The position numbers and the translations under genes are program-made. Positions 17,821 through 25,060 of a DNA stretch of 64,000 bases are shown here, in pieces. Origin of the DNA: Acidobacteriota bacterium (GTDB taxonomy: Bacteria > Acidobacteriota > Terriglobia > Terriglobales > Acidobacteriaceae). Position 1 is the first letter of the stretch; each line of letters begins with the position of its first letter. The notes under the pieces were generated by a model. That model saw nothing but the letters and a program-made list of their open reading frames with translations. It was not told the origin of the DNA and did no database searches. The stretch covers positions 28,673 through 92,672 of the forward strand of contig JAJYUB010000005.1 in the NCBI GenBank assembly GCA_021792795.1, in the 5' to 3' direction.

Positions 17821-18062
17821 GGATTCTGCCGCAAACCAGCTTCGCTCCTCCGCAACCAACTCCGCCAACTTTACAGATGGACCTCCTGCCCGGCTGCCAG
17901 GCCGCTAAATTCCGAGGAAACTCCAAATAGAAGACCCATTGACGAGCAGAGGGCCGTTACGCATACGGTGCAGGCGGTATGCTGAATGATGTGCTTGAAC
18001 GGCATTGGGGGGGTGAAATCGCCTTCTGCCGTTCGACTGCGCGCTAGATACCGCATTGAGCC

Positions 18063-19316
18063 ATGGCTGCCGCCAACACGCATAGTTCGTCCTTTGCCCG
18101 CACCCTTGCCAGCGCCAAAAGAACCATGGTGCTGAGCGAGATCCTCTCTCTTGCCTTCGATAGCTTTCGCAACAACAAAGTGCGCTTTGCGCTGACCGCT
18201 CTGGGCATGGTCATGGGTTCGGCGTCGGTGATCCTGGTGGTCACCATTGGACTGACAGGCAAGCAATACGCAATCAACCTGATTCAGGGCATCGGCGCCA
18301 ACATGGTTGTCGCGGACTGCCAGTGTGGAGGGATGAATCCAGACTCTCTCACTAACGACGACCTGATTGCGGTCGACGAACAGGTCCCCGGCATCCTCTG
18401 GTCTTCGCCCATGCTGGAGATGCAGGTCCCGATTAGCTTCGGAGACGGAAAAGTGAAAGACATCCTGGTCCTGGGCGTTTCTCCGGAGTATAAAGATGTT
18501 CGAAACCTGGTGGTCCTTTCCGGGCGTTTCTTCGATGAAGAGGACACCGTCAGCCACGCTAAAGTGGCTGTGGTCACGGTCCCGTTTGCCGAAAGCCTGT
18601 TTGGCAGCGCGGACCGGGCCATGAACAAGACCTTTACGGTCCGAGGGATTCCCTTCACCATCATCGGAACATTCAGAGAAAAAGTCCCTACGTTTGGAAT
18701 GTCGGAGATTGCGAGACAGACGATCTTGATTCCTTACCCGGTGGGGCGTTATTTCACCGGAACCAACGCAGTGAAGCAACTGTTCTTCTCTGTCCGGAAT
18801 TTCAGGGACACGCCGCGGGCACGGAATGAGATTGCCAAGATCATCCAGTCCAGGCACCGGCCCGGCTCAGTATATGACGTCGTCGAATACACGGCACTGG
18901 TGGACACCGCGGCACACATCGCGGACATTATGACTCTGGTGTTGCTGTTGGTCTCTGCCGTCACCCTGGCAGTCAGCGGGGTGGGCATTATGAACATCAT
19001 GCTGGCAACGGTGCGATCTCGGATCCGGGAAATCGGCATTCGAAAGGCCGTGGGCGCCACCTATCGAGAGATCCAACTGCAATTTCTGGCGGAAGCAATC
19101 CTCATTTCGCTTAGCGGCGGCATTATCGGCACGCTGCTCGGCTTGGCGCTCCCCCTTTCTGTCCGCTTTATCTTGCCCGCATATATAATTCCCATTTCGC
19201 CGTGGTCGGTTGTTATTTCGCTATCTACAGCAATGGTCGTTGGAATTCTATTTGGTACCTTGCCAGCCACGCGCGCTGCCCAGATGGATCCCGTGGAGTC
19301 TCTCAAGTACGAGTAA
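18063..19316 (+). CDS. ABC transporter permease, MacB/FtsX family (MacB periplasmic domain plus FtsX 4-TM domain)
   Basis: 417 aa. N-terminal LSLAFDSFRNNKVRFALTALGMVMGSASVI, C-terminal IREIGIRKAVGATYREIQLQFLAEA...DPVESLKYE. An alternative start lies at 18126. Confidence 0.85.
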   Translation: MAAANTHSSSFARTLASAKRTMVLSEILSLAFDSFRNNKVRFALTALGMVMGSASVILVVTIGLTGKQYAINLIQGIGANMVVADCQCGGMNPDSLTNDDLIAVDEQVPGILWSSPMLEMQVPISFGDGKVKDILVLGVSPEYKDVRNLVVLSGRFFDEEDTVSHAKVAVVTVPFAESLFGSADRAMNKTFTVRGIPFTIIGTFREKVPTFGMSEIARQTILIPYPVGRYFTGTNAVKQLFFSVRNFRDTPRARNEIAKIIQSRHRPGSVYDVVEYTALVDTAAHIADIMTLVLLLVSAVTLAVSGVGIMNIMLATVRSRIREIGIRKAVGATYREIQLQFLAEAILISLSGGIIGTLLGLALPLSVRFILPAYIIPISPWSVVISLSTAMVVGILFGTLPATRAAQMDPVESLKYE

Positions 19317-19371
19317 TGTGGCGGCTGCGATGCCGCATGTTCGCTGCACCCGGCTGCAAGCCGTAGCTCCG

Positions 19372-20880
19372 TTATGCAGCAACCAAACTTGCCGCCAGTT
19401 CGCGCGCAGCCGTTCTGCCGGAATGGACCAGATCGGGCAATCCCACGCCTCGATAAGCATTGCCGATGAGCCGAAGGTTCGGAAGCCGGGCAACTCGAAC
19501 ATCCAGCTCCGCCATGCGCTCCATGTGGCCGACTGCGTAGAGTGGGAGAGAATTCGGCCAGCGTCGAGCGAGCGCGATCGATGGTTCCGGCAGCTTCCCT
19601 AAGAAACGACCCAGCTCCGCGCGTGCCAAATAAATCAACGTGGCATCATCCTGCTGCAGAAGACTTGGAACAGCCGGACCGCCGAAAAATGCGCGCAGCA
19701 AGACTGCGCCCTCAGGTGCTGCATGCGGAAACTTTTGATCGAGAAAAGTACACGCCAGCAGCGCTCGTCGCGCGGCGACATCTCCGGCTTCATCGCCAAA
19801 GCCTTCTTCGCCGAGAAGAACTTCGCCGGCCGGCGGGTTCCGCTGCGGAACCAGAAATCCGAATCCGCGAGGGATGCGCATCGCTTGGGCCTGGTCCGCC
19901 GCAAACCCCAGCGCTACCACAATGGCGGACGAGGACTGCTGCGGCAACAGCTCCCCGATGCGGCTGTCGAGGGGCTCGAAAAGTTTTGCGGCAGTTGCTG
20001 CTGGAGTCGCAACCAAAACTCCGTCGAAGCTTTCTCCTGCTGGATGGGGTCCTCCAGCAACGGACGTTGCGTGGACCTGCCAGCCGCCGCCGCTCCGTTC
20101 GATGGACTCGACGGCAAACCCGCGCTGAAGGCTGCGCTCCGGAATGCGAGATTCCATCCCTGTGATCAGCGCTTCCAATCCGCTCTTCAGCGATGTGAAA
20201 ATGGGCGCGGATGACTTCCCCGCCCCCATCCGCTGCTGCAATCCCAGGATGAGACTGCCGTGCTCTCGCTCCAATGCAACGAGGGCCGGCAGCACGGCAC
20301 GCGCACTCAACGTCGCGATGTCTCCGCCAAACACCCCAGCCATTAACGGCGCTGCAATTGTGTCCGCCACTTCGTCGCCAAAATGCCGTACTACAAAATC
20401 GTGCATGGATTCGTCGCCCGCGGAATTAGAACCGTCGAGCGCCCATGCCTTAAGCTGCCCAGCAAATTTTGGCTCGCGCAGGTACGCAAGTTTCGCCTGC
20501 CAACTGATGAGCGGCGAATTCAGGACACTGGCCCATTGCGTCGGCACCATCATACGCATACCCTCTGGCATCGCGATCAGCGTGTGGCCTTCAGCGACAT
20601 ATGTTTTGCGCCTGCTGTCGTTGGAGAGAACAAGCTCGCTCTCCAAGCCAAGTTCGATCGCCAGATCCCGTGCCCAGGGCTTTTCCGTCACCCAACTGTC
20701 GGGCCCGCATTCAATGACGAAGTCGTCGTCGCTGCGAACAGTTTCGACAATGCCGCCCAGGCGAGAAGCTGCTTCGAACAAGACAAACTCAATCGGTTCG
20801 CCGGCCCGCTGCCGCAGAGCTAGTTCATAGGCGGCCGAAACCCCGGCGATGCCTCCGCCAACGATGGCAATCCGCTTCAT
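19372..20880 (-). CDS. hemY: Protoporphyrinogen/coproporphyrinogen III oxidase (HemY/CgoX type, FAD)
   Basis: The ATG at 20880 gives MKRIAIVGGGIAGVSAAYEL, an FAD dinucleotide fold. It overlaps the hemH stop by 4 nt. The longer 614-aa ORF would run through hemH. Confidence 0.85.
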   Translation of the reverse strand: MKRIAIVGGGIAGVSAAYELALRQRAGEPIEFVLFEAASRLGGIVETVRSDDDFVIECGPDSWVTEKPWARDLAIELGLESELVLSNDSRRKTYVAEGHTLIAMPEGMRMMVPTQWASVLNSPLISWQAKLAYLREPKFAGQLKAWALDGSNSAGDESMHDFVVRHFGDEVADTIAAPLMAGVFGGDIATLSARAVLPALVALEREHGSLILGLQQRMGAGKSSAPIFTSLKSGLEALITGMESRIPERSLQRGFAVESIERSGGGWQVHATSVAGGPHPAGESFDGVLVATPAATAAKLFEPLDSRIGELLPQQSSSAIVVALGFAADQAQAMRIPRGFGFLVPQRNPPAGEVLLGEEGFGDEAGDVAARRALLACTFLDQKFPHAAPEGAVLLRAFFGGPAVPSLLQQDDATLIYLARAELGRFLGKLPEPSIALARRWPNSLPLYAVGHMERMAELDVRVARLPNLRLIGNAYRGVGLPDLVHSGRTAARELAASLVAA

Positions 20881-22040
20881 TCTTGTTTGGATAGTTCGAG
20901 GGCCGATGGATGTTCCAACGGCGCTGCGCCAAGCTGCAAAAGCCCCTGCGATGCCAGGTCCGCCAGCGCGGCAATCAACAGAGGGGACGCGTTCAGCGAC
21001 TCCGGTCGAAACAGTTGCAAACCGAGCTTGCGCGCCAACCCCTGGAACGCAATGTCGATGTCGTACAAAACTTCCACGTGATCGCACAGAAAACCGATGG
21101 GCTGCAATACCACGCCGCTGTGGCCTTCTCGATAGAGGCATTCGAGCGTCTCCTCGACGGTTGGGCCAATCCATGGGCCACCCGACATTCCCTGGCTTTG
21201 AAATGCGAAATACCAATCGCGCGGAGTCAGCCCGTCGGCGGCGAGCCGTTCCGCAACCAGGCCCGCAGTGTGTTTTGTCTCAATGGCGTATGGATCGGGT
21301 CCGCTGGATGCACCCGGCGGAAGGGCATAGGAGCGCTCCTCCACCGTGGGGCGAACCGGGCCCGAAGCTGTTGTCGCCGCCGGGGCCTTCGCTCTGCCTG
21401 TCGATTGCGACGCTGGGCCCGCGTGCGTCTCGGTCGGCTGGCCCGAGGCTGCTGCAACCTGGATTGTTCGGCACGGTACGCTGTGGGCAGTGAACAACAC
21501 GGGAACTTTTGTTCCTATGACGCGACAAGCTTCTTGCCAGGCCGGCCGCAAGCGTTCAGCGAATGCATCCGCTAGACAAGGATGGTCTGCCCACGCATCG
21601 ATAAAGTGAAATCGAAGCGCATTGCCGGCTTCGGCATACGCAGCCCGTCGATAGAGTCCCACGCTGGTGCGGGAATTTTGCGGGGCGAGGCAGATCGCGA
21701 CCGCATCCGTCACCCCATCTGCCCGCATCCGGCGCACAGTGTCCCCTATATAAGGTCTCCAATTCCGCATGCCAACATACACAGGCAATCCAATTTTCCG
21801 CTGCAGCAACGCTGCCTGTTGCAGTGTCCATTCCGTTAGCGGACTCGTGCCAATTTGCGAGTAGCGGCTTTGAATCTCTTCCACAACATGCGGAGGCATG
21901 GCGCGGCCGCTGACTACGTTCTTCAGATATTCAGGGACTTCTTCGACCGTCTCCGGAGTGCCGTGGGCCAGCAGCAGCACGGCAAACTTGCGCTCCGACA
22001 TGGCCGGACCGGACGTCCCAGACCGGTTGGCAGCCGTCAT
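20877..22040 (-). CDS. hemH: Ferrochelatase (possibly coproporphyrin ferrochelatase CpfC) with internal low-complexity insertion
   Basis: FAVLLLAHGTPE, YVGMRNWRPYI, FTAHSVP and GFLCDHVEVLYDIDI are present. The start overlaps the hemE stop by 4 nt. Confidence 0.85.
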   Translation of the reverse strand: MTAANRSGTSGPAMSERKFAVLLLAHGTPETVEEVPEYLKNVVSGRAMPPHVVEEIQSRYSQIGTSPLTEWTLQQAALLQRKIGLPVYVGMRNWRPYIGDTVRRMRADGVTDAVAICLAPQNSRTSVGLYRRAAYAEAGNALRFHFIDAWADHPCLADAFAERLRPAWQEACRVIGTKVPVLFTAHSVPCRTIQVAAASGQPTETHAGPASQSTGRAKAPAATTASGPVRPTVEERSYALPPGASSGPDPYAIETKHTAGLVAERLAADGLTPRDWYFAFQSQGMSGGPWIGPTVEETLECLYREGHSGVVLQPIGFLCDHVEVLYDIDIAFQGLARKLGLQLFRPESLNASPLLIAALADLASQGLLQLGAAPLEHPSALELSKQE

Positions 22041-23182
22041 GCCGGCCTCAATGGGGATGATTGTTGCTCGCCCATGCGTTCATCTTTCATTTGTGCGCAA
22101 ATCTCACGCACCCAGCGGACCACGCGCTGAACATTTTCTACTGGCGTGCCCGGCACAATCCCGTGGCCAACATTGAAAATATGCCCAGGCATTCCTCCCG
22201 CCTGACGCAACACTTCTTCCACGCGAGCGCGCAACAATGCTTCCGGAGCGAACAATGCGATGGGATCAAGGTTTCCCTGCACCGCACATTGCGGCCCCAC
22301 CGCCTGCCGTCCAACATCCAGCGGGATTCGCCAGTCGAGCCCGATCACGTCCGCGCCGGTCTCGCGCATGCTGGGCAGCAAGGTCGCGGTATCGACGCCG
22401 AAATAAATGACGGGCACTCCACGGGCCTGTACCTGCCGCACCAGCGACTGCGTCACCGGCAATACATACTCCCGATAATCCGCGACGGAGAGCGCGCCGG
22501 CCCAGCTGTCGAAAATCTGGATGACGTCCGCGCCCGCCTTCACTTGCTGTCCTGCGTACTCGACCAGCACAGTTGTCAGCTTTTGCATCAACGCTTGCCA
22601 TGCAGCGGGGTCTGCGTACATCAGGCGCTTGGTTTCAATGTAATTTCTGGACCCCCCGCCCTCGATCATGTAACTGGCCAGCGTGAACGGCGCCCCGCAA
22701 AAGCCGATCATCCCCAAGCGGTCGCCGAAGTGCGCGACGACACGGTTGATCGCCTCCGCTACATAACCGAGATCGGCGGTGCGGTCCGTCCGCAACACGG
22801 CGATGTCCGCTGCGCTGCGAATCGGACGGTGGACTTTGGGTCCCTCCCCAGCCTGGAATTCGAAATCAAGACCCATCGGTTCCAGCGGCAACAAAAGATC
22901 GGCAAAAATAATTGCCGCGTCGACGTCCAGCTTTTCCGCAGCGGCAATCGTCACCTCCGCGGCTAGCTCCGGCCGTTTGCAAATCTCGATCAAGGAGTGG
23001 GCCCGGCGGACTGCCTGATACTCCGGCATGTAGCGGCCCGCCTGCCGCAGGAACCAAACCGGCGCGCAGTCGACGGGCTGCCGCAAACATGCGCGCAAAA
23101 AGCGGCTGCCGCCTGACACTGCCCCGTTGGTTGACGTCACTTCTTTTCGCGATGTTTTATTCTTTATATCCTGCGATCTCAT
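22037..23182 (-). CDS. hemE: Uroporphyrinogen decarboxylase
   Basis: RFLRACLRQPVDCAPVWFLRQAGRYMPEY, IIFADLLLPLEPMG and FNVGHGIVPGTP are present. Confidence 0.9.
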   Translation of the reverse strand: MRSQDIKNKTSRKEVTSTNGAVSGGSRFLRACLRQPVDCAPVWFLRQAGRYMPEYQAVRRAHSLIEICKRPELAAEVTIAAAEKLDVDAAIIFADLLLPLEPMGLDFEFQAGEGPKVHRPIRSAADIAVLRTDRTADLGYVAEAINRVVAHFGDRLGMIGFCGAPFTLASYMIEGGGSRNYIETKRLMYADPAAWQALMQKLTTVLVEYAGQQVKAGADVIQIFDSWAGALSVADYREYVLPVTQSLVRQVQARGVPVIYFGVDTATLLPSMRETGADVIGLDWRIPLDVGRQAVGPQCAVQGNLDPIALFAPEALLRARVEEVLRQAGGMPGHIFNVGHGIVPGTPVENVQRVVRWVREICAQMKDERMGEQQSSPLRPA

Positions 23183-23405
23183 GTGTTTCTATTATCCCCT
23201 GTCCGGTGAAACAGGTTGGCGTTGACAGGTAGCTTGCCGTCTCTCCGGGGGGAAACCCACACTTGCGACCCAGCATCGTTTGCGATCGAGTCCTTCGACC
23301 GATAAATGCAGCGAAAACTGTTTTCGTATTGAAAGGACCGCCCGTCGCACTGCTGTAAGATGAAGAGCGTTGCGCCGCGGCGCCGCTATAGGAATTGAAG
23401 TCCTC

Positions 23406-23627
23406 ATGCGAATCTCTCTGTCTATCACGTGCTACAACGACACACTGTATCCAGAGATAGGGATTGCCGCGGTCCGCATGCTGCGGCGGCCGGGCCACAC
23501 CATCGATTTTCCATACGCGCAAACCTGTTGCGGCCAGGTGCATTACAACACTGGATTTCAATCCGAAGCATTCCCGCGCGTGCGCCGATTCGTCGAAACG
23601 TTCCGCGACAGCGAGGTTGTCCTTTGA
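23406..23627 (+). pseudogene. lutA: Truncated lutA-like (Fe-S)-binding CCG-domain gene, N-terminal ~73 codons only
   Basis: MRISLSITCYNDTLYPEIGIAAVRMLRRPGHTIDFPYAQTCCGQVHYNTGFQSEAFPRVRRFVETFRDSEVV matches the LutA/GlcF N-terminus and then hits a stop. No continuation (PSGSC...) appears in any frame downstream. Confidence 0.65.
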
Positions 23628-23703
23628 GGCGTTCACTGAAAGGGTCTTCCGAAGGATTTTTCGTCCAAAATGTTTTTGTAAGCTGAAAAATTTCTCTGCA
23701 CAG

Positions 23704-24822
23704 GTGACAGCGTTGGCCAAGGCGTCTCCCAAGCGTCTCTATCTCATCCCGGTACTATCCAAGGCGCTCGACGTGTTGGAAATCCTGCAGCGCGAGGGCA
23801 AACCGATGTCGCTGGAGGCCCTGTATCGGCGGACAAAAATATCGAAGACCACGGTGTACCGCATCCTGAAGACCCTGACGCATCGAGGATATCTGGCGCA
23901 GTCGCAAGACGGCCTGTACCGCCCGATCAGCAACCCCAGCAAGAAGAGATTCGGCTTCGGCTGCCAATCCGCCGAGATGCCTTTTTCCGAAGCGGTCACG
24001 AAGAGCCTGCAAGCCGCCGCCGCCGATACAGGGATTGATCTGCTGGTGCTCGACAACCACTACGACCCAACCGTCGCCGTACGCAACGCGGACAATTTCG
24101 TGCGCGAGCGCGTGGATCTTGTCATCGAGTTTCAGGTGGACCAGGACGTGGCCGCCATCATTGGCGACAAGATTGCCGGTGCTGGGATTCCGCTGATTGC
24201 CGTCGATATTCCGCATCCTCACGCGGTCTTTTTTGGGGTCGACAATTTTCGCGTCGGGTTTGAAGCGGGACAATTGCTCGCCCGTCACGCCCAGCAAAAC
24301 TGGCCAGGAAGAACCTCCTGGGTACTGGGCCTCGATCTGGCGGAAGCGGGCCCGCTGGTGCAGAGCCGGATGACAGGAGCGTTTGAAGGGGTCCGCTCGC
24401 GCATCCCGGACATTCCCGTCGAATCTTTTGTCCGCATGGATGGCCGCGGATTGCGCGACATTAGCTACCATTTGGTCCTCGACTTTCTGCATCGGCACCC
24501 CAAAGACCGAGGCATCCTGATTGCCGCCGCAACCGATACCAGCGCGCTGGGAGCGGTGCAGGCGGCTCGGGAGCTGAAGCGCGAGCGTCACATCGCTGTG
24601 GTTGGGCAGGACTGTATTGAGGAGGCGCTGAAAGAAATCTCTTCTCCTCGCAGCGCGTTGATTGGCTCCGTCTCGCACGAAGCCGACACCTACGGCGCGC
24701 GCCTCATCCAGCTTGGGCTTTCCATGCTTGCCGGACAGAATGTCCCGCCGTACAACTACGCAGAACACAAGGTCGTCGAACGGCAGGGGCCGCTGCCGGG
24801 GCCCGCAAAACCGCGAAGATGA
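23704..24822 (+). CDS. Chimeric transcriptional regulator with an IclR-type winged HTH fused to a LacI/periplasmic sugar-binding (PBP1) domain; candidate rhamnose-locus regulator
   Basis: The N-terminus VLSKALDVLEILQREGKPMSLEALYRRTKISKTTVYRILKTLTHRGYL is an IclR-type HTH. The remainder (FGFGCQS...LLVLDNHYDP...VDLVIEF...GIPLIAVD...FFGVDNFRVGFEAG) is PBP type 1. No ATG is available, so I chose the in-frame GTG at 23704. The start is uncertain. Confidence 0.7.
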   Translation: MTALAKASPKRLYLIPVLSKALDVLEILQREGKPMSLEALYRRTKISKTTVYRILKTLTHRGYLAQSQDGLYRPISNPSKKRFGFGCQSAEMPFSEAVTKSLQAAAADTGIDLLVLDNHYDPTVAVRNADNFVRERVDLVIEFQVDQDVAAIIGDKIAGAGIPLIAVDIPHPHAVFFGVDNFRVGFEAGQLLARHAQQNWPGRTSWVLGLDLAEAGPLVQSRMTGAFEGVRSRIPDIPVESFVRMDGRGLRDISYHLVLDFLHRHPKDRGILIAAATDTSALGAVQAARELKRERHIAVVGQDCIEEALKEISSPRSALIGSVSHEADTYGARLIQLGLSMLAGQNVPPYNYAEHKVVERQGPLPGPAKPRR

Positions 24823-24854
24823 GGGCCGGATTTTCCACATCTGAAACAGTTTCC

Positions 24855-24868
24855 CTATTGTACGATAG
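24855..24868. promoter_or_regulatory. Near-perfect 14-bp palindrome CTATTGTACGATAG between the regulator gene and rhaEW (candidate operator)
   Basis: Read directly: 6 of 7 arm positions pair around a central GTAC-type core. It lies 33 nt after the regulator stop and ~190 nt upstream of the rhaEW ATG. Confidence 0.2.
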
Positions 24869-25060
24869 TGAATGTTGCGGCGAACGGCCCCCAAGCCTGA
24901 GCGGCTAGACTGTCAATGTCGGAAGCCAGTTGTCCGTTGCCTTCTCTGGATCCAGCCTGCTTGACGCCCACTGGCAATTCAGCGAATCCGTTGCACTCCA
25001 TATTGGGCCAGGAGGAAACAAGGGCAACCTTCCTTGTCCGTGACCGCTGGAAAGGGCATC

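Noticed and set aside
16809-17855. Long N-terminal extensions in the ORF track (348-aa cytochrome ORF; also 19372..21216, 10650..12230, 45668..47686, 4304..5719)
   Set aside because: The upstream portions are R/G/P-rich, overlap neighbouring genes or known intergenic regions, and precede internal ATGs that yield canonical N-termini (signal peptides, GxGxxG folds, 4-nt stop/start overlaps). I used the internal starts.
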